A stretch of DNA of 64,000 nucleotides from a virus (taxonomy: Duplodnaviria; Heunggongvirae; Uroviricota; Caudoviricetes), in IMG/VR virus record IMGVR_UViG_3300028840_008157; one strand, 5' to 3'. Below the pieces are notes generated by a model, which was not told the DNA's origin, made no database searches, and saw only the letters and a program-made list of their open reading frames with translations. The translations under genes and the position numbers were made by a program. Of this stretch, positions 46,443-56,927 are shown piece after piece. The stretch's first letter is position 1. Each line of letters starts with the position of its first letter.

Positions 46443-49400
46443 TCATCCCGATATGCTGCCCGGCGCCAACGGCTCGATCAGGCCGAGGAACACCGGGGGG
46501 GTCGATGAGGTGAGGCTTTGGCCGCCACCCGTGAAGGATATCTGCTTCCCGTTAACCTCGAGCGGGATCATCGCCACGAGCGCGAACACGTCCGGGGACT
46601 GCGGCCACGCCAAGTCCTGATCGTATATGAGGTTATTGTACTCGGTCGTGAGCGGGGCGTCGGGGCTAGAGCCGTAGACGCTCGCGTTCACCTTGAGTTT
46701 GAATTCGGCGACGCCGTTCTCGATCCTTGCCTGCGCCATCATCGGCTGCCCGTTGGGGGAAATATTGGTCGTGATGATGACGTCGTAAGGCGAGACGCTA
46801 CCGTGCCTGGTGGTAACGTAGAGCGTGACGAGGTTGCCATCGTCCAGGCTAGGGACGGATCCCCCGAGCGCCACGATCCTATCCCTGAAGTACGCCCCCG
46901 ACTGCGGATCGGCCGGGTCGCCGTCGAGCTCGGGCTTGGCGACGACCACGAAGGTCGCCTCGGTCTCCCCGTCGGCCATGAGCTCCGCCTTGTTGAACGC
47001 CCCGTTTGCCTTCAGGAATATCCGGTTCAGCAAAGGTGGCGGCTCGAACGGGTTGAGCTCGATCTTGGCGTACTCGACCTTCTCCAGCCCGGCCACCTCG
47101 ACCGTGCATTTGAGCGCCCATAGCTCGCCGTCCGTGCAGGTAGGGGAGGATGGCGGCTCGACGTCCGACGCCGGGCCGAAGAAGACTTTCCTCGCGATCC
47201 CCGACCTGACGTATGACTTGACGCCCGTGCCAGGGACGTTGTCCGTGCTATACAGCGAGCGTGGTTTCTGGGACTGGATGCGGACGAGCTCCCATGTGAC
47301 GACGGTCTGGTCGGGGACGGGGGACTTGGACGCTCGGGATTCGAGCGGGTCACCATAGTAGACGAACGCGCTTTGTTCCGCGATGCTGATCCCGTCAGGC
47401 GTGAAGTCCTGCGCCTCGATGTCGATGTTGAGGGACGACTCGAAGTGGACTTCCTCCGTCACCGTCTCCTCGTAACCACGGTACTCGACGGACGCCTCGA
47501 TGATGAAGTCCCCCGGGAAGTCCTGGGGCGGTATCGATAACGACAGGAGGCTCCTTGTCACGGTTGTCCCGGACGGGTTTCCGGTTCGATCCAATGACTC
47601 GTCCGTGGACGGGACGAGGTTCAGTATCGCCACGCCATCGCTATTCGTCTGCGGCAACCTTACCGTGCTGGAGGGTTCTCCCGTGTCGACGTCCAATATC
47701 CTGACCCTTACGGGCAGCGACGACGGTATGTAGGCGTCCCTGTACTTGGCCTCGATTTCCATGTCGAGGGATTCGCCCGTCCTCACGTAAACGCCCGGGA
47801 ACTGCTCGATCTTCTTCTCGGGAGCGTCATCCAGCGAGCAGGCGAGCGTCCATGACGTCCGGTTGACTTTCTGGGTCGGGTCGACCTCGATGGCCAGGTC
47901 GAGCGGGTTTGCGAGCCTCACCGTGGCCGACGGGGTCAATACCTGGGAGAACAACTTGCCCGTCGCGGCCTCCTCTACCCTGAGCGCTCCCCTGAACTCA
48001 AGGCTGGCGTCTTCCATCTTGTTCCTGACGAACATCGACGGCGTCGCGTCGATCGTAGACACGAGGCTGTTAGTCTCGGACTGCGGTATCGAGGCGAACT
48101 CGATGGCGTCCTGCTCGTCGACCTCCTCTCCCTCCTTCGCGTTGATGGTTCGCTTGATCTCGTCGAACTCCAGCGTGGCCAACGACGTCCTCGAGTTTAG
48201 GTCGGAGAACGATACGGACAACGTGGCGGTGACCGTGTCTCCAAACCACACGGAGAGGCTCCTCTCCTCCTCGATGGCGAGTCGCCACGAGAGGTCGACG
48301 CGCCTACCGCTCGCTATGCGGTTCCGGAACTCGATGGGCGGAGCCGGGGGTATGGAGTCCGAAGAGGGGTCGATCTCGGTCGGTCTCGCGACGAACGTTA
48401 CCGCCGATGACATGTTCTCCAGGCGGTCAAGGGCGACCAGCAGGTAGAAGTGCGGCTCGTCGTTATCTAGGTTCCTGTGGATGTATGACGTGTCCTCCCC
48501 GTCATAGAGGAGGGTTCCGGTGATGGTCGTCTGCCCGTCGATGTCGGCCTTGATTTCCGGGCTGCTCTCCGGGTCGTAGTAGAGCTTGTATCTGACCGAC
48601 GTCGCGTCACCAGCGACCCACCTGATTTCCAGTTCCTCGTTGCCGATGATGACGGATGCCGTGGGTGGCGATGGCGGAGTGACGTCGAAGCAGTACTGGG
48701 ACGGGTCGTTGAGCGGGAACTCGAGCTCCTCCCAGAAACGATCCACGCTTTGTATCGCGGCCGAGTCCTTGACGGCGTTGTCCGGAGAAACGGAACCGCC
48801 AAGGGAGCCCTTGTACGTGAAGATGGTATAGTAGTAGGTCAAGCCCAGGATCGGCGACAGGTGCTCCGTCGGGGCGGCCGTCGCGTCGTAGAAATCCCTG
48901 AACGAGTACGTCCCGGAGACGTCCTTCGGGATGGTCGACGGGGCGCTGTCCGGGACCAGCGTCCTATATCCTCCGTATGAGGACAACCTCATTGGCGTGC
49001 CGTCGAAGATCGACTCGGCGTAGCGGTCTGTCCTCCTGATCACGCAGAACCCGTCGTAATCCAGGGCCAGGTCGTCGGACGCGGGGTCTCGCCACTCGAG
49101 CGTCACGTAGCGTTCCCCGAGGTCGTACGTCCCGGCCGCTCCCGTCGGGCAACCGGCATCCGGGAGCGTCCTTTCCTGGATGACCGACGTCGTCACCAAT
49201 CCGGCTCCTCCTACCGGGTAGACGAACCCGTCGACCGTGGTGACCATCGTCGTGAAACCAGAGGAGAAGTTACCCGCCGCGTCGTACGCGTAGACGCCGT
49301 AGTAATAAGTGCCGCCGTCGGCGGTCGTCAGGTCAGAGTAACCCTCGGCCGTACCCTCGTACAGGACCACGCCGTCCGTTGGACCAGTTATCGGGGAGCC

Positions 49401-50273
49401 CTGCTTTCTCAGGAGCCTTGACCCTACCGGCAACGACGTAGAGCTACCGGATTCCAGGGAGAGGCTGAGGCGCCCGATCTGGCGCCCATGGAACTTGACG
49501 ATGGAATAAGTCGCGTCGGATTGGGGGTGCGGGGCGAGGCTCGACTCGAGATCGTCGATGAACGCCTCCAGGAAGTCGAAGCGCAACCCGTCGTTGTCGT
49601 TCCACGTCATGGAACCGCTATGGTCGACGACCATGGTTATCGCGTAGTCGCCGAAGTCGATGACGACGGTATCCCCGTCTATCGCCGTCCGGTCCAGCGT
49701 CCCGAGGGACCACTGGGCCGCGGTATCGTCCTCTATCGTCGTGTCCCTGCCGGGCTGGAGGGTCGCCGTCTGCTCATCCTCGTCGATGGCGCCCGGCGTC
49801 CCGTCCGGGAGGGAGGTCAGGCTGTACGCGAAGAAGGAGAACTTCCTCGTCGGGTCCTTCGTCCAGGAAGAACCGCCGTCGTCGCTGATCAGCATGGGCT
49901 CGCCGGAGGCGTTGACGAACCTCCACGCGACGTAGTTCGAGGCGTTCCCGGCCGGAACCCTCAGGACGAGGCCGATCGTCGTCGGCGTGTTGGCCTCCGT
50001 CCTGAAATTGTAGAGCCCCCGATACGCCATGTCCGACAACGCCTTGTAGTCGCTGGCCAGCGGGGCGCCGACGGGTAGGTTATTGGAGTCGAGCGCGTAT
50101 ATCTCGACGAGGACGGAGATCGACTGGGCCGCCACGGGATCGTCGACGACGGGTTCCAGGTATAAGGCGACCTTGTCCAGCCTCCCGCTCGGGACGACGA
50201 TGACCTGGCCCAGAACCCTCGCGCCGTAGGAGGGCTCCCTGGTACTCAATACCGTTGTCTCGGAGAATGCCAC
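46443..50273 (-). CDS. giant multidomain protein, 1276 aa: N-terminal half of a vWA domain with MIDAS motif, FN3-like and Ig-like domains
   Basis: GTG start. ITMVVDHSGSM..RFDFLEAFIDDL..YSIVKFHG; YYYGVYAYDAAGNFS; PPSPPTASVIIGNEELEIRW; HFYLLVALDRLENMS. Confidence 0.85.
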   Translation of the reverse strand: MAFSETTVLSTREPSYGARVLGQVIVVPSGRLDKVALYLEPVVDDPVAAQSISVLVEIYALDSNNLPVGAPLASDYKALSDMAYRGLYNFRTEANTPTTIGLVLRVPAGNASNYVAWRFVNASGEPMLISDDGGSSWTKDPTRKFSFFAYSLTSLPDGTPGAIDEDEQTATLQPGRDTTIEDDTAAQWSLGTLDRTAIDGDTVVIDFGDYAITMVVDHSGSMTWNDNDGLRFDFLEAFIDDLESSLAPHPQSDATYSIVKFHGRQIGRLSLSLESGSSTSLPVGSRLLRKQGSPITGPTDGVVLYEGTAEGYSDLTTADGGTYYYGVYAYDAAGNFSSGFTTMVTTVDGFVYPVGGAGLVTTSVIQERTLPDAGCPTGAAGTYDLGERYVTLEWRDPASDDLALDYDGFCVIRRTDRYAESIFDGTPMRLSSYGGYRTLVPDSAPSTIPKDVSGTYSFRDFYDATAAPTEHLSPILGLTYYYTIFTYKGSLGGSVSPDNAVKDSAAIQSVDRFWEELEFPLNDPSQYCFDVTPPSPPTASVIIGNEELEIRWVAGDATSVRYKLYYDPESSPEIKADIDGQTTITGTLLYDGEDTSYIHRNLDNDEPHFYLLVALDRLENMSSAVTFVARPTEIDPSSDSIPPAPPIEFRNRIASGRRVDLSWRLAIEEERSLSVWFGDTVTATLSVSFSDLNSRTSLATLEFDEIKRTINAKEGEEVDEQDAIEFASIPQSETNSLVSTIDATPSMFVRNKMEDASLEFRGALRVEEAATGKLFSQVLTPSATVRLANPLDLAIEVDPTQKVNRTSWTLACSLDDAPEKKIEQFPGVYVRTGESLDMEIEAKYRDAYIPSSLPVRVRILDVDTGEPSSTVRLPQTNSDGVAILNLVPSTDESLDRTGNPSGTTVTRSLLSLSIPPQDFPGDFIIEASVEYRGYEETVTEEVHFESSLNIDIEAQDFTPDGISIAEQSAFVYYGDPLESRASKSPVPDQTVVTWELVRIQSQKPRSLYSTDNVPGTGVKSYVRSGIARKVFFGPASDVEPPSSPTCTDGELWALKCTVEVAGLEKVEYAKIELNPFEPPPLLNRIFLKANGAFNKAELMADGETEATFVVVAKPELDGDPADPQSGAYFRDRIVALGGSVPSLDDGNLVTLYVTTRHGSVSPYDVIITTNISPNGQPMMAQARIENGVAEFKLKVNASVYGSSPDAPLTTEYNNLIYDQDLAWPQSPDVFALVAMIPLEVNGKQISFTGGGQSLTSSTPPVFLGLIEPLAPGSISG

Positions 50274-50279
50274 CCTATT

Positions 50280-53200
50280 TTACTCCACCAATATGAGGTT
50301 CCCGACGACGGCCATTCGCCTTCCGAGGCTCGTCACGAATATCTTGTGGGCGGAATCGGCCCCGAGGGGCTCGAACGTCCACGAACCGCTCTGTAACTTA
50401 TACGCGTACGGAACGCTCCCGACGACGTGCATGGAGTCCTCCGCGACGTAAAGGTCGCCGACGTACGTCTTGTACTTGCCCTCCGGCGTCGTCGCGTCGG
50501 GGAACTGCGTCTCGATGATCGAGAACAACTCGCTCTTGACGAACGTGACCGTGTTAGCCTTCGACGACCCGTCGTCCGTGTACAAGCCCTTGTTCGTCAG
50601 CGCGAACACCTTCTCCGCGAACGGTCCGAGCTGGAGGATCGTCACGACCTCACCATCCACGTCGGAGAACTCGTATCGCTTTTCCCACGTCTTCCCGTCG
50701 ACGGAGCTGTAGTAGGCGTTCTCAACGCCGGCGAACATGAGCCCCGACGAGGGGGCGATCGCGACGCACGATCCGCCATCCTGCGCCTGGTTCCCGGAGT
50801 CGACGAGGGACGCCTTGAACCATATCTCGTACGGGGGGTCGGAGAACGAGTCGGCGTAGTATATGCCGTCCGACGCCCCGATGACGAGCAGGTTGTTGAT
50901 CTCGGATACGACGTATATCTCGTCCGGGAGGCCGTTGCCCGCGTTCTTCTCGGAGGCGAACCCGGTCCCGCTCGGCGTCAGGACGTACAGGCCGTCCCTG
51001 GTGACGGCGAACAACTGGTTGCTCAGGACCTTCAGGTCGTAGACGGGGTTCTCGTCCTCGTCACCGACGGTCACGACGGCCGTCACCGAGAACGGAGCGG
51101 CCGGGCTCGTGGGGTCGACGACGAAGATGCCCGCGTCGGTCCCGATGAGTACCTGGTCGGGCAGGTACTCCAGGATCGTGTAAGGTACGAGGGCCGACTC
51201 GCCGATGTCCGGCTGGGACGACTCCCTCCTGTAGTCGATGGTCGAGTTGAACCTGTCGAAGTCGCGGCGCCCCATGATGTAGAACTCGGCGTTCTTCAGG
51301 AACGCGTTGAAGGACCTGTCGACGAGGCTCGTTTGCAGGCAGTAATACTGGTTGCGCTCGAGCCCCTTCTCGAGGAAGTTGTGCTCGACGTTGACGCCCA
51401 TCTGCAACAAGCCCGCGGCGTAGTCCCTTCCCATCGACAGGTGCAAGCCCTTCTCGAGCTCCATCCCGTCCTCGACCTCCTCGTGCAACAGCTCGCCCTC
51501 GTCGAGGAGGGTCGTCCCGTATACCGACACCGTGACCGGGTCGAACTTGGTCAGGGGATCGGAGAAGGCGACCTGTCCGTTCCAGGCGTCGTAGACGTAC
51601 CCGGTTTCTATGGGCGCTCCTGACACGTAAACCTGGACCGGGGCGTCCGCGTTCTGGTGATACCAGCCGCCTCCCTCCATGGTGAATAAGGAGTACTCGT
51701 AGGCCACCTCGACCTCGACGGTCGCCAGTCGCTTGAACTCGAAAACGACCTCGTCATTGGTCGTGTCGTACCTGTATCCCCCCCGGGCGACGACGCCGTC
51801 GACCCTGACCGTCGGGATGGATCCCCCGAACTCGGCGATCCTCGTCGCGTTGTGCGCGGCGTCCACCGAGTACAGGTCGTCCTCGTACCCGACGATGACG
51901 TCGCCGCCGGAACCTTCGAGGAGGAATACCGCGTTTCGTTCCGGGTCTCGGTTCCTGTTGAACTGGACGAGATCGAACGTGATCCCGTCCGAGGACGAGT
52001 ACAGCCCCGTCGTCGTCCCGAGCAGAAGCTCGAGCCCTCCCCTGGCCACCAATACGGAAGACTCCGTTATGATGGACTGGACCGATACCTGCGTCCACAC
52101 GACCCCGTCGATGCTTCGATACACGGCTTGTCCGGCGGTAGCGTAGAGCACGTCGCCCATCAACTCGATGTTCCGGACGTCATCGAGCTCCTTGACGAGG
52201 GACCACGTCTCGGCGTCGTCCTCCGTCTGGTAAATTCCTATCTCCGTCGATGCAAGGACGCGGGGCGTCCCGTAGGTGGCGCCGGCCCCGTACTCGACCA
52301 GGTCGAACGTCTCGGTCGTCCCGGCGCCGATCAAGCCGCCGGCGAACCACGTCATGGCGGTCCGTATTTCCTGGGTTATCGCGTATACGCCCAGATCGGT
52401 CGCCGCCATCAGCGTTCCGCCGGACGTCTCGATGATCTTGTGAACGACTCCGGTCGCCTCTAGGCCGGACATCTGGATGAAGTTGATCCCCTGGTCCGAG
52501 CTGACGTACACGGAGTTCCTCGCCACGGCGTAGACGTATCCGTCGGAGCCTATCATCATTTGCTTGATGGGTTCCGTCACGTCGACTCTCGCGTCCGATG
52601 GCGATTCGGACGGCGCCGTCGTCCCCGTCCACGTCCCGAGCGCCGCGTCGTATATCTCGCGATTTCGATCCCCCGTCACCGATAGCGCGCCCTCGACGAC
52701 GGACGTCCTGATCTCGCTCGCGTCGTTGAGGTCTCCGGTCGCCGACCAGGAGAAAGACGCCAGGACGAGACGCTCGGCGGAGGCGATCTCCCGCTTTACC
52801 CAATACCTCTCGTCCGTGTATCCGGTCATCGTCGGCGTCGCCGGGATCTCGTCCCATTGGACCGGATTGGCCGGGTTGTATACCGTCGTCCCTCCCGCCA
52901 CGACCATGTCATAAGGTGAGCCCGGAAGAAGGTTTGCGGAATGATTGTAGCGGGCCGTCGACATCGGGGATATGGTCTGCCACGTGTTGGTGGCCGGGTT
53001 GTATACCTCGCATGACGCGTGATTCCAGATCGGCGCGAGGCCGTTCGGGTAGGGCGTCGTGTCTAGGACGTACGCGTCGGCCGGGTAGCGTCGGCCGCCG
53101 GTGACGAGGACGCGCCCGTCAGGGAGCAACGTGCATGTGTGGGCGATCCTCCCCGTCGCCATCGGGCTGGCCGCCGAGAACGTCCCGCTCGTCGGGTCGT

Positions 53201-56200
53201 AGATGGAACAGGTAGTGACGCCGAGCGTCAGCCTGCCGCCAGCGTCGTAGACGCCGCCTCCTGTAACGAGGACGCGGCCGTCCTGCAAGACGGCGGCCGA
53301 GGGGAGCAACGTCCCCTCGATAGATCCTTCGAGACGCCCAGACTTGTACGTCGCTGCGTATTCCGTCGCCGCAGGCAGCGCCGACGGTACGATGGGCAAA
53401 GCGGATAGCAGGTCGCTGGACGCGTTCAGGTTGTCGTCCGCGGAGACGAGTATCCCCGAAGACAGGTAGCTTCTCAGGACCCCGGAGCTCGTCCCGATCA
53501 GGACGCCACCGGACAGCAGGCTGACGAACGAGTACGGGGTCGTCCCCGTCCCTACCTCGGCGGGGAAGGTATACCAGTTGGTCGTCGTCACCGTCGTGAA
53601 CGGTGGCCACGCCCTTTCCTTGATCCTCCCCGCGTGCGATATGGGAGGGAGCTGCCCCTTGAGGAGCTTCCCCGTCTTGAGCTGGGATCCGTCCAAGCCC
53701 TCCAGGGAGGTCGCCGGCAGGAGACCCTGGACTTCCTCGCGATTGACGATCTCCAGGGCGACCTCCGTCCCGGCGGGAAGGGGATCGGTAAAGACGATTG
53801 ACTTGGTGACGAAATCGACGTAGTGATCGAGCGCCGTCCTCGACCCGTTGACCAGCGCGAAGACGGTATCGGAACTGTCGAACGCCCCTGACGCGCTGAC
53901 GTACGTAGACTGGTTCTGCGTCTCGAAGTCGTTAAGGACGATGTTCGGCGACAGGCTGACTTGTCGCGCCCCCTGCTGGTTACCGAATTCCGGGATCGTC
54001 GGCTCGATGACGACCGTCACGACCGCCTGCTCGTCGACCAGCGACGGGAACCTGATCACCTGGGTTGGCTCGTCGACGCGAGCTTCCTGATTCGTCACGC
54101 CGTCGACCTGGACGTCGTATCCGCGATAGTCCAGGTCGAGTATGGCCGGGACGTAAAAGTGGATGCGTTGCCCGTCGAAGGTCTTCGTCCCGTCGACGGG
54201 GGCGGACAGGACGACGAGGTTATCGTCGTTTTCCAGGACGTAGCTTACGGAGGGACGGCTCCCCGAGACGAGGAACTGGAAGTCCCCGACCCTCGGGACG
54301 TTCCCGACGACGGACGCCGGATGTATGGTGAAGGTCGTCCCCGACGAGAAGGTCGACGCCCTCGAGGCGAGCCCCTGGTAATACTCGAGGGCCTCCGCCG
54401 ATAGGTCGTAGGAGGACAGCGTCAGGGTGCCTATCGTGGAGACGTCTAGCGCGGCGAGCTCTTCGACGGCCGTCACGGTCGTAGAGTTGAGCGGCTTGAC
54501 GGAGTGCTTGTGGACGAGGAGTCTGCTGTTCGTCTCCTCCCTCAGGGTCGCGTACAGGTCCTCCACGATGCGCTGTTCGTTGGTGATCGATACTATGGCC
54601 CCGCTTCTCGTGACGACGGTCGCCAGGGGGATCGAATGCGCCGGGGCGATGGCCCCCGTGTCGGCTATGGGGGAGGCGTTGTCTCGTACCGCGGTGACGG
54701 TATACCAATAGGTCACCGAGCCGCCCTGCGACCCGACGACGGTCGAGTCGACGTAGCTCTTCGTCGAGGACTTGACGCTGGCGATGAACGCGTAACCCGC
54801 GTACTGGTCCGTCGACCTGTAAATGTTGAAGTCGGTCGGCCCCCCGGCCGGGTACACCCAGTTCCCCGAGAACGGCGGATCCTCGTACTGCCCGGGGTAG
54901 GAGAAGGACCACGAGAGGTTGACTACGCCGACTCCTGGCGTCGCGATCAGGGACGTCGGCGCCTCGAACCTCGTCGAACCCGTGTTGATACCGTCGCTGG
55001 GCGACGACAAAGTGGTCCCCGAATAATCGGACTCGTTGCCCCTGTGATCAACGGCCTTGACGGCGTAGGCGTAGGTATGCCCGTTCGTCAAGCCCACGTC
55101 GAAGAACTCGGGCTGCGTCACGGAAACGATGATCTCGGTCCCGGGGATGGTCGTCAACGGCAGGTTGGGGGGCGTTATGACGGGCTCCCTGACTTCCCTG
55201 CGCCATACGACGTAATGGTCGAAGTCCTCGGCCGCGCTTGGCGCCCAGGAAAAGGTAAGGCTCTCGTCCCCGACCTCGACCTTGGTCTCGACGGGGACCG
55301 GCGGAGGGGTCGTGTCCTCCTGCGGGGTCGCCGTCGTCGTTATGTACGTCGAGAAATTCCCCGCGGAATCCTTGGCCTTCAGCCTGAACGACGTCTGTAC
55401 CCCGTTGGTAAGGGAGTCGACGGTCCACGTGGTAACGTAGGCGAGGTTTATGTCCGGGCCGTAACCAGAACCAGTATCGACGTTTAGAACGTATCCGATG
55501 ACGTCGTCGCTGGTGCTATGCTTCCAGGTTAGGACGACCTCCTCGTCTCCTGCGGCGGCTTCGAGGTTCCTCGGCCCCGTCGGGGCCGTGAGGTCGAGCG
55601 TCGTGGCCCTGACCAGCACTCCGCCGCTCTCGTTGCCGAACGGGTCGACGGTCGTGACCCGGAACCCGTAGCGGGTGCCGCCCTGGAGGAAGGCGCGCTC
55701 CCCGAACCCCACCTCCGCCGTCTCGAAGTAGCTGCTCACGAGCCTGCTCGTCGCCAGCCCGACGTCGGTCAAGGGGGCGCTCTCGATCCATTCGTCGTCT
55801 ATCACGTAGACGTTGTATTGCGACTTCTGGCCTATGGAGCTGCCCGTCGGGGACGCCGACGCCGTCCATGACAACTGGATGCCGGCTACCGTGGCGTTGG
55901 CGGTCAGCGCGCCTGGGTCCAGGGGCGCCGGGACCGAGAAGGGCGTCTCCTCGCGGATGATGCCATCGCTGGAAACCTCGTAGGTCCAATGCGCCTGCTT
56001 GCGGACGGCCTGCACGACGAACCTGTGCCGGTGACCGTTCGGGAGTCCGCCGATGGTCAGCGTCTCGTCCGGCATCGTGACGGCGATCGTCGTCCCCGGA
56101 AGGACCGGCGTCCCGTCGGCGTTGAGCCTGTAATACGTGACGTCGTGTCGTATCACGTCCGACGTCACGCTCGCCTCGAACATCAGGGACATCGTCGAGT

Positions 56201-56918
56201 TGCCTGGATACAGGAGCAGTTGTTGCGGGTCGGTCGGCTTGGTCAAGTCCTGAGGCGTCGTTATGGTCGCCGTCGCGGACCACGCGGAATTATTGCCCGA
56301 GTTGTCGACGGCCCGGACGCGGTAGTAGTAGGTTTGCTCCGCGCTGAGACCGGAATCCACCAGTGGACTGGTAACCGTCCCGTTGGTCGTCGGGCTCCCG
56401 ACCGCCACCGGGGAGGGGAACGCCATGTTGACGTCCCTCTGAACCTCGTAGTGGCTGATGTCCGGCTCCGAGTTGGCGTCCCAGGTCAGGTTGACCGTGT
56501 CGAAGTCGGCGGCCGTCGCCGCCAGGTTCGTCGGCATCGCGGGCGGCGTGGTATCGGAGAACGAGGCGGACGCCACCTCAGACGGCGCCCCTTCGACGCT
56601 TATCGGGAATCCTCCCGACGTCCCGAACATGTTCGAGCGCATGTAGATCACCGACGTTGCGTCGTCGACGAGCGTCAGGTTCTTGTCGCTGAGGGTCGAG
56701 TGGAGGACCGAGCTGATGAACCCGCGACCTCGCGCCACGACGACCTCGAGGCCGCTGACGGTCCCGACGGTCCAACCTTCCAGGACTCCGTCCCCGACGA
56801 TGAGCGAGACGTCGTATAGCTGGTTCTCGGTGACCTGCATGCGGTCCTCGTCCACCGAGGCGCTGTACAGGTCGCCGGTCTGGTTGAAGCCGAGCTTGTA
56901 TTGCGGGGTTCGCCTCAT
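50280..56918 (-). CDS. giant multidomain protein, 2212 aa: phage-type N-terminal anchor domain, FN3 repeats, Kelch/galactose-oxidase-type propeller, further beta-propellers
   Basis: GVLEGWTV...GLEVVVARGRGFI N-terminus. FN3 repeats (PPAMPTNLAAT..VNLTW..YYYRVRAVDNSGNNSAWS). LDGSQLKTGKL..GQLP fibre-like motif. ASPMATGRIAHTCTLLPDGRVLVTGG repeats. Confidence 0.85.
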   Translation of the reverse strand: MRRTPQYKLGFNQTGDLYSASVDEDRMQVTENQLYDVSLIVGDGVLEGWTVGTVSGLEVVVARGRGFISSVLHSTLSDKNLTLVDDATSVIYMRSNMFGTSGGFPISVEGAPSEVASASFSDTTPPAMPTNLAATAADFDTVNLTWDANSEPDISHYEVQRDVNMAFPSPVAVGSPTTNGTVTSPLVDSGLSAEQTYYYRVRAVDNSGNNSAWSATATITTPQDLTKPTDPQQLLLYPGNSTMSLMFEASVTSDVIRHDVTYYRLNADGTPVLPGTTIAVTMPDETLTIGGLPNGHRHRFVVQAVRKQAHWTYEVSSDGIIREETPFSVPAPLDPGALTANATVAGIQLSWTASASPTGSSIGQKSQYNVYVIDDEWIESAPLTDVGLATSRLVSSYFETAEVGFGERAFLQGGTRYGFRVTTVDPFGNESGGVLVRATTLDLTAPTGPRNLEAAAGDEEVVLTWKHSTSDDVIGYVLNVDTGSGYGPDINLAYVTTWTVDSLTNGVQTSFRLKAKDSAGNFSTYITTTATPQEDTTPPPVPVETKVEVGDESLTFSWAPSAAEDFDHYVVWRREVREPVITPPNLPLTTIPGTEIIVSVTQPEFFDVGLTNGHTYAYAVKAVDHRGNESDYSGTTLSSPSDGINTGSTRFEAPTSLIATPGVGVVNLSWSFSYPGQYEDPPFSGNWVYPAGGPTDFNIYRSTDQYAGYAFIASVKSSTKSYVDSTVVGSQGGSVTYWYTVTAVRDNASPIADTGAIAPAHSIPLATVVTRSGAIVSITNEQRIVEDLYATLREETNSRLLVHKHSVKPLNSTTVTAVEELAALDVSTIGTLTLSSYDLSAEALEYYQGLASRASTFSSGTTFTIHPASVVGNVPRVGDFQFLVSGSRPSVSYVLENDDNLVVLSAPVDGTKTFDGQRIHFYVPAILDLDYRGYDVQVDGVTNQEARVDEPTQVIRFPSLVDEQAVVTVVIEPTIPEFGNQQGARQVSLSPNIVLNDFETQNQSTYVSASGAFDSSDTVFALVNGSRTALDHYVDFVTKSIVFTDPLPAGTEVALEIVNREEVQGLLPATSLEGLDGSQLKTGKLLKGQLPPISHAGRIKERAWPPFTTVTTTNWYTFPAEVGTGTTPYSFVSLLSGGVLIGTSSGVLRSYLSSGILVSADDNLNASSDLLSALPIVPSALPAATEYAATYKSGRLEGSIEGTLLPSAAVLQDGRVLVTGGGVYDAGGRLTLGVTTCSIYDPTSGTFSAASPMATGRIAHTCTLLPDGRVLVTGGRRYPADAYVLDTTPYPNGLAPIWNHASCEVYNPATNTWQTISPMSTARYNHSANLLPGSPYDMVVAGGTTVYNPANPVQWDEIPATPTMTGYTDERYWVKREIASAERLVLASFSWSATGDLNDASEIRTSVVEGALSVTGDRNREIYDAALGTWTGTTAPSESPSDARVDVTEPIKQMMIGSDGYVYAVARNSVYVSSDQGINFIQMSGLEATGVVHKIIETSGGTLMAATDLGVYAITQEIRTAMTWFAGGLIGAGTTETFDLVEYGAGATYGTPRVLASTEIGIYQTEDDAETWSLVKELDDVRNIELMGDVLYATAGQAVYRSIDGVVWTQVSVQSIITESSVLVARGGLELLLGTTTGLYSSSDGITFDLVQFNRNRDPERNAVFLLEGSGGDVIVGYEDDLYSVDAAHNATRIAEFGGSIPTVRVDGVVARGGYRYDTTNDEVVFEFKRLATVEVEVAYEYSLFTMEGGGWYHQNADAPVQVYVSGAPIETGYVYDAWNGQVAFSDPLTKFDPVTVSVYGTTLLDEGELLHEEVEDGMELEKGLHLSMGRDYAAGLLQMGVNVEHNFLEKGLERNQYYCLQTSLVDRSFNAFLKNAEFYIMGRRDFDRFNSTIDYRRESSQPDIGESALVPYTILEYLPDQVLIGTDAGIFVVDPTSPAAPFSVTAVVTVGDEDENPVYDLKVLSNQLFAVTRDGLYVLTPSGTGFASEKNAGNGLPDEIYVVSEINNLLVIGASDGIYYADSFSDPPYEIWFKASLVDSGNQAQDGGSCVAIAPSSGLMFAGVENAYYSSVDGKTWEKRYEFSDVDGEVVTILQLGPFAEKVFALTNKGLYTDDGSSKANTVTFVKSELFSIIETQFPDATTPEGKYKTYVGDLYVAEDSMHVVGSVPYAYKLQSGSWTFEPLGADSAHKIFVTSLGRRMAVVGNLILVE

Positions 56919-56927
56919 GGCGCCCTC

